Positions 25,021 to 39,179 of a stretch of DNA of 64,000 nt are shown here, piece by piece (positions within the stretch are counted from its first letter, which is position 1; the number at the start of each line of letters is the position of its first letter). The stretch comes from Glaucostegus cemiculus (Eukaryota). The position numbers and the translations under genes are program-made. Location: positions 30,318,001 through 30,382,000 of the forward strand of contig CDPCPM010000014.1 in the NCBI GenBank assembly GCA_976551045.1, given 5' to 3'. Under the pieces are notes generated by a model. That model saw only the letters and a program-made list of their open reading frames with translations. It did no database searches and was not told the DNA's origin.

Positions 25021-26969
25021 ATCCCTGCAACAGCTGCCCTATTTGTCTCTGAACAGTGTCATGGGCAAGGGCCTAGCTAAATTACAGAACCAACTTCAAA
25101 CTATTGCCATTGCATTGTGGCAAAGAGGCAACATTGCAAAAAAGTAGTATTGACTTTTTATTCACTGTGGCAATTTACATAAGTCAGTAGGCATAATTAC
25201 CTTTTTAAAAAAAAATCTCTTTTAAATATATTTTGTACTTTATTGTCTCGTGACTTCTGCTCAGAACCAGCTGTTGTCCTTCAGAGTCTGCCATTGTTCT
25301 TCATACTGGATCGGGCTGTGATTGGGGAGGCACTGGTGGACCAGAGGGTGGGTGAGGGTTGCTTTATTCCCTCTTTCACCAAGGCCAAGGGCAGATGCAG
25401 CCCCAACATTTCACTCTATCCAGTCCCGGGAACAGGGCCCCCCCAACCGATCAGCTAATCCCCAAAACGTCCAGAGTCCGTTCACCTCACCTACCACTTT
25501 TCCTGCACCCTGACCAGTGTTACTGGACCTAGACTTGTGTGTGTGATTCCTCTGTGTGCTTTCTCCCCCCCCCCACCCCACGGGTAACCTCTGCCGTTTC
25601 TCTGTCTCCATCTGCATGATGTGTGTGAGACATTCAGTCAGTGTTTGAAAGAGAGAGTGAGATGACACTTGGACACTGATGGCCGATGCAGGACAAGACT
25701 AATATTGGGAAATCTGAAAATTCAGCAAAGTCACAACCAGGTCTTAGTCATGGGATCATTTATTCCCAGTTGGACAGAAAGGCAGCTGGTTCACAGGTAA
25801 TATTTCTGAGGTTAAAATAGAATCCAGTACAGAAAAAACTGGAACCAATTTGTGAACCAAGTGAAAGACAGGCTGGAATTTCAATTAATGAACAGAACAG
25901 CCTATAGCACAAGCAAAATGGATCATACAAAATGCACAAACCTTCTGGAGAAAACAAGATGTAGCAACATCATTTGTTACAATAAAAGGTCACAAATAAC
26001 AGCACGTACTGAACAATAAAAGTGTTCTCATGAACCTAAAATTTACACAGATATAACCTTGTGTTGCCATCTGCAACGCAGTTTGGTTCTCCAAAAGCTT
26101 CCAGCAAGAAATTCAGCAATAAAAAGACTAAATTTGAAAATAAAAAGATTATCCTTTCATAAATTCTTGAAAGGCAATTGCAGATTTACTCCATGTTATA
26201 TAAATAGTGAGCGTCTTTGTCCACATGTTCTAGTCCCCACAGATTAATGAAGTGCTAAGCGTTTATTTGACGCCATCAGCAAGTGGAATGTCAGTACAGC
26301 CAGCTTCTGCACAAGCAGATCACACACTTTATATTGTACTAATTAAAATCACTTCAGCTGAACCTGAAAAAGTTAATTTGCGTTTTTCTATTTATTGGTG
26401 AGCAATTCAGGCTGCAGGATGCTGTAAAAAAACAATTAGTTACTAACCCGATTAGTTGCCAGGCTGCCTTCATCTGACGAGGAAATGGAGGGTAAAAGAG
26501 GTTGCACACTGACCCAGGGCAACCGTAGCAGCAAATCTTGATGACCCCCCCCCCCCCCGAAAATGGCATCCTGTTAAAGCACAGAACAAACTAAAACTGT
26601 GGAAGAGCAAGCTTTTACCAGTTTACAGGTAAACAAGATGCAAATATCCCCATTGGTAATGTGATGGCTTTCTGTTTATTTTGTATTACCATGAGCAATG
26701 TGCATCACAATCTTAGTGCTGCAGTGATTTACCAGCACTTGCTCCAGTGGATATGCATTGGAGGTGGTCAATTATCATTTTAGTAAAGTCCACAAGATTT
26801 ACTGAAGGATATTTCCACCAATTTTCTACTTACACAATACAAAACTATTGTTACTTTTATGCAGCAAAACAGCTTTGAATACTGAAATGCTGTTCTATGA
26901 AAGAGAAAAATGTACTTTCCTGTTATTGAATGCAAGATTTACAGAGTGCTGAGCGGGCTGCATTAATCA

Positions 26970-27165
26970 CCCTGTCTGCTCCAACATTCCAATTACGATT
27001 GTCCTGTGTTTCCTCCCATTTTTCTGATTTTCCTAATGTGCCTGTCCACCTCTCACTTTTCAGCTCTACAGCTTGTCTGTTCTCCCTCAGCTGCCGACTG
27101 ACACATGCCGTATGTTTCCAAGATTTTCCATTCATGTTACAATTTCTAGCATCTGCAGTACCTCT
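26970..27165. mobile_element. Old Penelope-derived remnant
   Basis: tgtttccaagattttcc...tttctagcatctgcagta matches the family terminus. Confidence 0.5.
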
Positions 27166-27829
27166 TTTCTCACGCTATATCCATCTCTTTTTTTTTTACA
27201 TTTATTATAGGACGGTCCCAAGGGCGCAATTCTCAACACTCTACATGCGCACTCCTGTTACTTCTCTTCCTGTGTTGTTCCTAATGATGCCCAGCGGCCC
27301 AAGATTCACAGAGTGAAAAGGGAGCCAATTTTATCCCCTGCTTTAACTGGTGATCTGATAGCAGCTCCAGTCAACCAGCTTTCCTGCTGATTTAACAGGA
27401 AAGCAATGATTATGATGTTGCACAATTTTCAGAATAAGAATAGCAGATATAGAGGCAGCATTGTTATAATGTCCCTAGCTGCATGCTTAGTTAGTCAATG
27501 TTACTGAGTTCTATCAATGGACAAGCTGTTTTTGAATATGCAAGTAAATACCGTACTATAGTTTGACAAATGATTGATCATGCTGCTGCTATGGCAACAC
27601 TTTGAAAAGCAACACTAGAAGCAGCAACTAAAATGCACCCATAGATCTTCAATGGAAGAAAACATTGTTACACAAGGTGCAAAGGAGTACAGTAGTCACT
27701 TCATTTTTCAACTTGTTCCAATGCTGTACATGCTCACCCCTGGTCATAAACTACTGCAGATGATTTCTGTGCCAAACCTGAAATGTATATTCACGTCTAA
27801 TCTTCACCTTTGATTCAAGAATAAAGGCA

Positions 27830-28980
27830 GTGATAAGCCATTCGACCTCCACCCCCATTCCCGTACCTGCTCTGTCATTCAATAAGGTCATGGCTGATCT
27901 TAGACCTCAGTGCCATTCTCCTGCACTAACCCATACCCCTTGATTCACTGAGTAATCAAAACCCTATCAATCTCTGTTGTGAACATATTCTGTGACTGAG
28001 CTTCCACAACCTTCTTAGAGAATTCCAGAGATTCATTATCCTCATCTCAGTCCTGAATGGCCAATCCCTTAATTTGAGGCAGTGGCCCTGGTTCCAGACA
28101 TCTCAAATGGGGCAAAATCCATCCCTATGCCAAGCCCCGTAAGAATTTGCTTCAATAAGATCACTTTACATTCTTCTAAACCCAGGAGAGTAGAGTACCA
28201 GCATGCTTCATCTCTCCTCAGAGGTTGAACCAATCCCAGGAATCAATCTGTTGAACCTTCTTACTATCATATGTATTACAAGTGTATCCTTCTTTAGGTA
28301 GTGAAACAGAAACTGTAAATATTCCAGATGTAGCTCACCAAGACTTCATATAATTGCAATAGGATGTCTTTACATTTGTATTCAAATCCTCTTAATAAAA
28401 GCTAACATTTGCTGTCCTAATTCTTACCATTAACTAGTTAACTTTCATTGATTCATGTACAATGATACCCAGATTCCTCTGAACAATGCCTTTCAATCTC
28501 TTACCATTTAAAATACTCTACTCTTCTATTCCTTCTACTAAAGTGGATGGCCTTGTAGTTTTCCACATTATATTCCCCCATTACACTGAGTGACCAAGTC
28601 GCCTTGCCCATTCATTTCGCCTTTCACTCTCACCTTGAAACCTCTCTGCATCCTTCTCACAATCAAAACTGTCACCCAACAAACTTGGACGCTTTGTACT
28701 TGATTACCTCATCCAAGTTGTTGATATAGACTGTGTATTGATCCCTGCAGTACCCAACCACAAAACTACTCACTTACTCTGCTGGTTACAATCTCAAAAA
28801 TTAATAAATTTGTCAAACATAATTTCCCTTTAATAAATGCATACAGACTCTGCCCAATCCCATTATTATTTTCTGAGTGCCCTATTTCTTAATGAGAGAA
28901 TCTGCCATTTTCCTTCTGTATTAACTTTCATTAATCTTTTCCTTTTTATGATGTTTAAAGGCTTCTGTAGATCCAACACT
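27830..28980 (-). mobile_element. Old CR1 LINE fragment(s)
   Basis: CR1-type 3' end ttcaataaggtcatggctgatct...ccataccccttgattc, followed by decayed ORF2 antisense sequence (gaattccagagattc, ttttccacattatattcc). Confidence 0.75.
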
Positions 28981-31689
28981 AACTACTTAGTTACATCTGC
29001 TGTGCCTAAGCATGTAACACCTTTGCTTCAATCCCTAATTGACTCCACTGCTCTTCTTATTACTTGCTTACATGCATCATACACTTTGCTTTTTCCTTTC
29101 ATCATCTTCACCATCTTATTGGTCAACCAAGAAAATCTAGCATTGGATCCATTACCATTTCCCCTTGTTACAAGGTACCAAACCTGTACCTGATTACCCA
29201 TTATTCTTTTGATTCTGCCAGCAATACTTTGTTCCATATTATCCCAGCAAAGTTCTTTCTTATCCCTACTCAGTTTGAAGTTTAGTTTGGATTTCTCCTT
29301 CTCCCATTATCAATCTGAACTTTATGATTCAAGGACCACTGCTCACCAAATGTTCTCTTGCTGACACTTGGGTTCACCGGACTCATGTCATTCTTGTGAG
29401 GCCTATGTCATCAGACACAAATAGGAACAAGCTAAGTCAAAGATGAAACGGAAAATAACAGTAAAAGTAAAAATAAATGCCCTTCAAGCAAGTTCTTCCA
29501 AAAATTATCTCCATTTAACTTAAAGTGCCTTTCTAGTCTGTCACAAAGCTTAACCAGTCCACAACATGTCACGAGTAGATTTTGCAGAGAGCAAGAGTTG
29601 GCTTTTCAGCAACCATTGGCATGGCTTCCTCAGGACTGCTCAAGAGGACTTTTGCAGTTCTGTTGAGGGAGAACTATCTCAACAATAAAAGGTGTCTGGG
29701 TAAGAAACAAGATGTACACAAAATTCATTTAATACAAAGGGTTATGTTCAAAGTTAACTTGCAGGCTCCCAGCCCATTTTATTTTCAATTGTGCATATAT
29801 AATAAAAAGTTGCTCAAGGTTTTCATAAAATAAAAACTGGAATCTCGGTTACTGAAACTCCTGTTCTTAAGAATTCCTATCAATGGTGTTGCATGGACAG
29901 CTTTTCACATTTCATGTAGACAAGACATTACTTAAATGTTGAAGAGTAGGAAGTCACTGAGTATGAACAATTAAAAATGCTCATATCTATAACTGACAGT
30001 AATGATGTAGATTTTTTTTTTATAATTAAATATGATGATTTATTGGCATGAGTGCTTATATTTGCAGAAGAACTGGGCACTCCTCAGAAAGAATGTAAAT
30101 ACCATTTTTTTGAGCAACTTTAAGAGTATTTGCATATTAAAAAAGTGCGCACATCAATTTCATGAAAACAAAGTTTCTTAAATATCTAGGAATTATTATA
30201 ACATATTCAAAAGATGCAAATAAATGTTATTTGCTATAACAATTTTTATATAATACATAATAGAAACTTGCTATAGGAAAATTTTTCAACATCAATCCTG
30301 TGATTAAACATTTATTGTGAGATCCTACTGTTATCCCACATATAAATATTTATAAAAGGAGAGTCCCTATGTATACATTTCACAACCACACTATTGATAA
30401 CATCACTCAAAATGGTTCTTGAAAAATCTATTCTTCTTTTTAAAAATATTAACAGCATTGGTTGAATTGCCTTTTGTACTTTCTGATTACACTTGGCTTT
30501 TACTTGATGGCATGCCCCTCTCCAATACCTGTGTCTGGTTATGCCACTTTTTGTTCTGTGAAGTCACTGTGAGCAAAATAAAAATTGCAGTTTGACCACA
30601 TGCCAGGATTCATAGCTAACTCCGTGTTAGCCGATGCTGCTCTCACAATGCCTAACATTACCTGAATGCTACTCTCACAGCACCTAACGCTACCTATTTG
30701 GTTCTATTCATAATTACTGGAAGTGAAGTCGCAACTGCAGTTTCAAAATCATTATCCAAAAATATGGACCCTTTTTCAGAAGAAAAAAACATGTATGTCA
30801 CAGTCTTAAAAGTTTTATTTAAAAGATTGTATAAATAATTCTTACAGTAAAACTTCTATTGGTTTTGAATTATAAATATTCAAAAACATCAGAAACTATA
30901 TTAGACTTGAAAAGACAGACAATGCCTTTCCCTATCCTAACCTTTCATCTTTTTGGAAAAAAAGTCACTTGAACTGTAAAAAACTGAGAGCCTCTAATTA
31001 TCACCTGATAATTATTTGTTTAGTTTCTTGTTAGCACATCTAAACATCCTAATCACTACTATGAAACAGAGAACCAAGAGAAATAAATAACACTGAGAAG
31101 TGGAAAACAAAAAAGGGACCTAGAAATGTATTCAGGCAAATCCAAAATAAGTTTTGTGCTCTTGGACATCTAAGAACTCTGCTTATGTCCTTACAGAGAT
31201 CTCCCTGGTGGCCAATTGCCAGGAGCATCAGACTACAGCTCTAGAAGCTCTAACATGACTCCCATGGTCACCAGCCTGTCCACATCCCCCTGACCTCCTC
31301 CAATCATTGCAGCATTCATCTACTTACTAGCAACTCCTCCCTGCAGCTAGAAGAGCCTGGGTTGCATCTCCCTTTGTGAACTGCCTGCAAAGATTGCACC
31401 TGCCCTGTACATTGAGACAACTGCAAGAATTTGACACAAGTCAATAGGGAAACTTGACAGTGCTATTCTGTGAACCTGAAAAGTTTTTATTTTGAAAATT
31501 AAAAGTTCTCACTCTTTATGTGACTTTCAAAAACAAGAGGATGCCGAGCAACAACTGTTTTAACACCAAAACAAAATGGCATGGAGCAATTTCTGGGCTG
31601 ATGTTTCCTCATTTTTATTTCAAATTTTTTGTAAAAACCACGAGGAGTTGAAGAAAACAGAGCAATGAATAATCCCACCCTGCACAAAT

Positions 31690-31830
31690 ATTGTGTTCAT
31701 CATTGTTCTTGGGTCAAAATCCTGGAGCTCTCTACCAGCATAGCAAGAGCACTTTATTCACTCGGATTGCAACAGTTCTCAAACAAAATCACTCTGGCAA
31801 TAAATGTTAGCCTTACTTGTGACACCACGT
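31690..31830 (+). mobile_element. CR1/L2-group LINE 3' remnant
   Basis: gggtcaaaatcctggagctc...ggcaataaatgttagcctt is colinear with 60650-60800. Confidence 0.55.
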
Positions 31831-33889
31831 GGCTAAAATTTTAAAAAAAGCAGTCTTGATTTCTAACTTGTCATTTGCATTTGATTGGGATGTAAAAATT
31901 CTAAGTTTGTGAGAATGAGAAATAGACTTAAAAAGAGAGGAACTCCATGAATTAAGTACCAAAGACCAAACGTAATTCCAAAGTCCCCTGAGACATCTAT
32001 GGAGCTTGCAACATTCTCACCTTCATTCAGTACACCTGACTCAAACTCTATTTCTCCTTTTAATTAAGGGACAGTTACCACTCTGCTACAGATAGGATGC
32101 TTTCTGAAACTCAAACTTTCAGAATATTAAAGCTCAGTTTTGAAGACAGCCAACCATCCCCACCCACTAATGTCTAGCCTCAAGTTGTTTCAGCAAAGAA
32201 TTCCCTCCATGCTTCCACCCTCAGCCCGTTACCAAACCCTAGAACTCCATAGTATTCCAAGTCCCAACACTGGACCCAATGTTATGAATTCCCACTTCCC
32301 ACTATACGGTATTGGTAAATATCAGTTTCCTAACTATGCCTGGCCCATTTACTGTTTATGCTCAGCTTTAAAACTAATGAACAAGTACAAAGGTAAAGGT
32401 GTACATTGAAAATAAAGGTGATTTACAGACTTTGAAATTTGATCCACAAAGCACCCAAGAAAGAAGGGAATTTGATTTATCCATTTGCCAAGTGACCCTG
32501 ATGTTATTCCCTACTGGGGTAAATGCTCCTATTGTTGTAAAGCAGCGAGTCCTCTGGCTCACATACGCAACATGGTGGCAGGTCTGCTGGCAGGCAATAA
32601 AAACAGCCAACATTCTTTCGTTATTGTCAATGCTACTGCTTGTTACCGAATGCTGAAAATGTTGTTTAGTTCAGATTATGTTTTCCTATGATCAAGTTAA
32701 TGAACATTTACTTTATCCGTGTTGAAACAGGACATTGAGCAAAACATCCTTTATTTAAAGAAAAAAGGCAGTCATACTATAACAAGTTTTTTAAAAAAAA
32801 TGACATTTGTGCCAATCACAGATGCCTCTTTGAAAGTTGGCAGTCACTGTGTCATTTATACAAAGAGTTTAACTAACAACTTAATTGGCAAGTGAGGTGA
32901 TGCATTCCTTTTTATAGCTGTTAAAAAGTTAAAGCGTAAACTGATCCCAGGAGTAATGTTGCAGCCTGACACTTGGAGATGGATTTTTGTCCGCCTGTCA
33001 CCTTGTTCACACTAAAAGAAGAACCTCAGTTGCTAACCATTCAAAGTTTATCCTGGCTGCTTGCAAGCCAGCCTTACAGTAGCTTAAAGTAGGTGGCAGG
33101 ATTACCAAAACGTTTACATCAGGGGTCCTACACCAGCTTGTAAGGCCTCAATGCAGCTTTGGAGTCTTCTGCTAGGGGAAATTGTCGTAAAGGAACTACT
33201 GTGGACTGCACGGAACTGCTGAACAAGGAATTCTCCCAAATTTACAGGAATCTCCCCATCCAATGCCACCCTTACAACCCAGTCCCCTCACCTTATGGAC
33301 ATTTCTGGGCTCGACACCGAGTGGAGTTTCTGGATCTGCCAACAGCACCCCATCCATTTCATCTCTGACCAGCAGGCTGTTGCCTTTAACAAGCAGTGGG
33401 AGTTTGAGGGAGGTGTAGGGAAGTTCAGCCACGAAAATGGTTTGGGTGCTTGACTGGTGCCAAGAGCTGGACAATGCAATTCCTCTACCCTCTGTGCACT
33501 GTGAACCCAAGCAATAAATTGACATATCTGAGCAAAACAAAATGAAATGAATGAAAGACTATTGCAGCACTCTTGTTTGCATGCTGTTATCAAGGACACA
33601 GATTTTACAGAGTCCAGGTACACTAAAGAATGTCTTACAGATATGTCGTCTGCCAACTTGGTTTGCACAGATCCAGATTTATCTTTGGTCCAATAAACCT
33701 CCTTCATATAAAGTACAATACCAAACCTCCAGAATTCTGGGAAGGCAAACTAGCTTCAGATGTACAACCATTCAATTCCTGCTTACAAGGCAGCTCGAGA
33801 ACTATCTAAATAATGTGTTGGTTGGATTCTTAACCATCTCCTCAGTTCAAGAACAATTAGGGATGGACAATAACGCCAGCATTGTCAGT

Positions 33890-34105
33890 GACACAAGAAA
33901 CTCTGCAGATGCTGGAATCTGGAGCAATACACAAGAGGTGCTGGAGGAAATCAGTAGGTCAGGCAGCATCTATGGAGGAAAACAAACAGTCAATGTTTCA
34001 GGCCGAGAGTCCTGATAAAGGGTCTTGGCCCGAAACATCAACTGTTTATTTCCCTCCATGGATGCTGCCTGACCTGCTGAGTTCCTCCAGCATTTTGTGT
34101 GTGTT
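33890..34105 (+). mobile_element. Palindromic Penelope-derived element with hammerhead motif, nested in a LINE tail
   Basis: Inverted arms about 33928-34004 / 34027-34103. Centre gagtc-CTGATAA-agggtcttggccc-GAAACATC-aactg. TSD ttgtcagtgaca / ttgtcagcgaca. Confidence 0.85.
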
Positions 34106-36031
34106 GTCAGCGACATCCACAGCCCTTGGGCAAATAAAGAAAAGGCCTGATCACAAGGCAATGTTTCATCTAAGGAAAGACCACTGTGAACTCCTTATGA
34201 AGCGTCAACAAACAGTAATCTTCTTCACTATCTTCATCAAGAGGATGGAATATGTATGCATGCAAGCTTCTGTCATTCAACTTATGCTATGACATCCTTT
34301 GTGGAACTGCATGTGTTATGTTCTTCCTCAAAAGGCACAGGTTTAAGAGTGTATTACTGCTTAAATTGCCAAAATTCATTACCCATCTTGCATCCTGACA
34401 CTTGTGAACTAAAGTAACCATCAGTAATTTGCCCGTTTCCATGGACAAAACTCAGCCAACACAACAGCTGCAAAAAGCAAGCCAGGCACAGAGCACACAA
34501 ATACCAAAAACCAAGAATGATCATCGCACATATAGACCATACAACAGAGCACTCACACACGTCTGTAGATCCAGGAAGCAGTAAAACCAACAAAAAACAG
34601 CAGGAAGGCACAAGCCAGCACAGGAGCCAGCGTCACTCAGGGAAACCAGCCACAACAGCAGGAACTCAAGTTGTTCAACAGCGCTGCCCTTCCTTTGTAT
34701 GAGCTCATTTTATTAATAGTGAAATAATTGCCTATTTTATCCATGAAGGAAGAAACCCATCACAGTCTTCATCCTGCACAATGCCCCTGCTGCGAACAGC
34801 TTTTGGTTTTTGTATGAAGTGATTCTTCTCACTTTTCATCATATTTATCCATCAGCCCCCTCATCTTCACACATTGGACTTGTCACTGGCACTAGTTCAA
34901 AGGGTGCATAAACTTCAAAGGTTGCAATGAACGGGAGGCCCACCTCTGACTATCAGGTGTCCCTCTTCCCAACCAAACTGTAATCCCTGGTAAAGGAGTC
35001 CTGTTAACACTCAGTTAGCTGACAATGAACCTGACTAAAAAGGGGCATGGAGACATCCATGGTTAGCTTTTACAGGCAGATGGAAACATTCTGCATATGA
35101 TTCAAGATCCAAAATGGTCAGTGGAAGAATCAGGCTCAATCATGCAAAGCCTTTTAAAGCCCTCTGTAAAACTGAAAACAAATTATCAGCTTTGCCGGCT
35201 TCAAGCTGTCCGTGCAGATGGAGCTTGCTTTCACAAAAGACTTCACTCGAACTGCGAGAAGACAGCAGTTCTCAAAGAATCTGCCTCAGGGATACCAAAA
35301 CATTTTCTGTAGCTCATTTCCTGTCACTTTCTTGTCTAGACTGGTACAGCAGCCTCGAAACCTTACAGTTATCCTCCCCCACAGCAACAATACATTCATG
35401 TGCTCTCCTACGCCACTAAGATAATTTAATACAGGATAAAGTCCACGAAGCTCAGCCATGCATGCCACATTCTCCTTTGATGATACACGTTCAAACCTGG
35501 CAACTTAGATGACCCAAAAGGAAAAGGATCATGCACTATCTTCTCAGTATCTCTCAGGATGTATCCACTCGCGTGTGTCTGGAAGCCTGTTGATTCTTCA
35601 TCAGCTAACAGGCTTTGAATGTTTACCGATTATAACATCACAGCAAACATTCCATACATTTATAGCTGTTTACAGTCTACACTTTTTCCTTTGTCCTGAA
35701 GTAGTGTCATTAAGAGGGAAAATACACCACTTAAAAAATTCTATTGGTTCCTGCAAATGTTTCGGTTAATAAATGTAGTAGCCAGAGTGAAACTTAATCA
35801 AACAAATTAGGAAGATTCCAGGTTCAACTTCCGGTCTTTTGTGGACTTGCTGACCTTAGCTGGTATTGCTGGACTGTGGGCGAGGGAGAACAGTGAGCCA
35901 AGACTTCATTCCTCAACACTATCAAGTAATTACAGCTAGGGATTGCCTATATTCAGATATGGTCTGGCTGTGTTGGCTCCATTGATGAGTGGCCTGATGT
36001 CATTCAAACTCCAGTTCAAAGGATGCACTTT

Positions 36032-36365
36032 GTCAAAGTCAAACTTATTATATGCACGCACATATGTGCACAGGTGCAGTGTAAAGCTTACTTGCAACAG
36101 CATTGCAGACACATAGCAGTAGAGACACAACATTCACAAGAAAAACATTAATTAAACATAAATTATACAAGTGAGAACACAAATAGAACCAAAAAAGTCC
36201 ATTGTAGTGCAAAGTGGCCATAGTGTTGCTATACAGAGGTAGTGATCAAGGTTGTGGAGGTTGGTTCAAAAACTGAATGGTTGAAGAGAGGTAGCTGTTC
36301 TCGAACCTGGCGGCGTGGGACTTCTGGCTTCTGTACCTCCTGCCCGATGGTAGCTGCAAGAAGAT
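36032..36365 (-). mobile_element. Rex1/Babar LINE 3' fragment
   Basis: Minus strand reads QLPSGRRYRSQKSHAARFENSYLSSTIQFLN, the Rex1 C-terminal LPSGRRYRS...NSFFP..IRLLN motif. Tail aataagtttgactttga. Confidence 0.8.
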
Positions 36366-36700
36366 GTGTGCATGCATGAGCAGACAGATGTTGCACCACA
36401 CCATTTACAGGAGAAACAGCAAACGATTTCCAAGACAGTGAAAACAGCTTAAGGACTTTCTCAAAGTTTTCTTGACAATATGTCATCCTCACTGACTCAT
36501 GGGATCACTCAAAATGGAGGAGCATTTGGGAAGGCACTGAGTGTCTTGAGTCTACATCAGCAGCATGAAAAGGCCATTTGCAGAAGGAACCTACATCTCA
36601 ATCTACACACACACAATCAGTCACTACCTGCCTTTCTTGCACTAGAGTGCCCGGATTCCATGTGGCTTCTTCATCCAATGCAGAACCTCAGCCTCAAGTG

Positions 36701-36743
<43 letters not shown>
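36701..36743. repeat. Compound (GT)n(GA)n microsatellite
   Basis: Directly visible. Confidence 0.95.
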
Positions 36744-36747
<4 letters not shown>

Positions 36748-37791
36748 TACGTACGCATGTGCTTATTTATCTGTTATGTCAGTTATTACACTGTTAGCAG
36801 CGATTAGAAAAGTAATTTTCCAGACTGCTTTCAAGTTCTTTACACAAAATTTTAAATTGATTATTATAAAAGATGGCAAGAACAATGTGGGAAACGTATT
36901 TAACTCAGCAGAGTTGATCTCTGATTTCATTAAGGGACTTTGGCAAAAGCAACTGAGATGAAGGAAATCCCACAGGAAGACAGGGACAACATAATGTAAA
37001 GTAATGAGTTTAATCTGAAAATCAGTTGTTCAAGGAAAAAAAAAGACATTTTAATTGTATTTTGGAAAATGACATTTGAAAATGAACTTGTGTTTTTTTT
37101 AAATAAAAGTTCATAGTTTATAAAGCAATGGCCTTCTCAAATTGTTCTATATCCCTCAAGCTTTAGTGCACTATATGTCAAAGTAATGCGGGAGTTGACA
37201 GGAAATAAAGCCTTAAGATTAGACAGACAATAATAAAGCTTTTTTTTAAAAAAAGAAAATTCCATCTTCTGCCTTCTAAGAACTCCACATGCAGATTCCA
37301 AAATCATTGAATAAAAGAGTGTAACAGAAAAGTAAGGGCCAGCATCAAAGAGAGGGGTTCATCAGAGATGTCAAATGATTCCTTATTTAAGGATTTGTTC
37401 AATGAAATGCTAGTTAACAGAATACATCATAATATCCCAGCACCTCTTAAAATCAACAGCCCAAATGTTAACTTTAAACCAACCACCAGTACAATGCAAT
37501 AAAATATGCATCTCTTAATTTACTGTTTTTTGTAGAACTGTGTTTCACTGTGCCAGAATTAGAGTTATTTAATCTTCATTTTTTAAATCTGTATACCTCT
37601 TAATGAACAAAACGATCAGTGGAAAATTGTCTTTCCCTGAGTTTACAGACATTACAGCTAATCCTGACGGGATCGCTCATGGCCTTACTTCTGGCCTAAA
37701 CTGGTTTGTGAAATGCAAGAGACGAAGTAAATCAGTCTCCAAAATTTCAAGAGTAATTTACTTACACTTTTCACATCATCTTAATCTCAGG

Positions 37792-38050
37792 AAGTCCCTC
37801 GTGATCAGGAAGACTTGCTTCCACTCCCGCTTTGTGTGTTCTGAAGTGGCTAATGAGGCCAATGTGGGAATCACAGACGCTTCCACAGATGAGGCAGATG
37901 GTGGCTAGTGAGTGGGAGGGTGTGTAGTTTATGAGGTGAACCATACCCCCTGCTGCAAAGGGAGGCCTCTGCTTGCTCCTGATGGACTGTTTTTAGGTCC
38001 TCTGTGCTATCCTGAGTGCTTTTCACATGTCTTTCAAAGGCAGAGCTATG
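37792..38050 (-). mobile_element. RTE LINE 3' fragment
   Basis: Minus strand reads TICLICGSVCDSHIGLISHFRTHK, the RTE C-terminal CxxC...IGLxSHxRTH motif. Confidence 0.8.
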
Positions 38051-38111
38051 ATCTACAGTGGGCGGAGTATATCTGCTACATTTTCAGGAGAGCAACATTT
38101 TGGTACAGTTT

Positions 38112-38930
38112 AGGGTCATATAGCATGGAAACAAGCCCTTCAGCCCAACTCGTTCATGTTGACTGTGTTGCCCAGCGAGTTAGTCCCATCTGCCCATGTT
38201 TGGCCCATAGCCCTCTAAACCTCTCCTATCCATGTACTCATCTAGATGACTTTTAAATGTTGTAATGTGACCACCTCAACCACTATTTCTGGCAGCTCAT
38301 TCCAAATATGCACCACCACCCTTTGTGTGAAGCTGCCCGAGGTCCCTTTTATCTCTCGCCTCGGATCTTAAACCTATGCCCTATTGCTTTTAGCGCCACC
38401 TCCCAGGTAAAAAGACTATGTGTTTTGCCCTGTCTATACCCCTCCCGATCTTATAGATCTCTTATCAAGTCACCCCTCAATCTCCTACATTTCAGGGAAT
38501 AAAGTCCTAGTCTATGCAACCTCCCCTTGTAACTCAGGCCCACCCCACCCCCGAGTCCAGGCAACATCCTGGTAAACTTTGCTGCACTCTTTCTAGTTTA
38601 ATAACATCTTTCCTGTAACAGGGTGACCAAACTGTACACAATACTCCAATTGAGGCTTCACCAACATCTCATATAACTGGATCATAACTTCCCAACTCCT
38701 ATACTCAATACCCTGGCTGATGAAGGCCAGTGTGCCAAACACCTTCTTCGCCACCCTGTGATGCCACCTTCAGCGGACTATGCACTTGCACTCTTAGGTC
38801 CCTGTTCCATAATGCTCCCCAGGGCCCTACCATTCACTGGTTTGATCTCCCAAAATGGAATACCTCACATTTATCTGGAGTGAAAGCCATTTGCCAATCC
38901 TCAGCCCACATATCCAGCTGATCAATATTC
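38112..38930 (-). mobile_element. CR1 LINE 3' fragment
   Basis: catatagcatggaaacaagcccttcagccca 3' end and ORF2 antisense sequence; colinear with 10527-10998. Confidence 0.88.
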
Positions 38931-39179
38931 CCCATGTATGATTGTTTACAAACTTCAGTAATCTTTACACGAACATCAAACTAGCATTTCACACATCCCA
39001 TGGACAATCGGAAAACCAGCTTCTTTTAAAATCTGGCAGCTTGTTACAAAGTCAGTTGATTTACTTTGGAATTGCTGCAAGATCCATACACTGGGAGCCA
39101 CAGGCCAAATGTCTCACTATACCTCACGTAAGAGTGCTGTGGAACATATTTAAACCCATGATCACCAGAAACACTTCTT

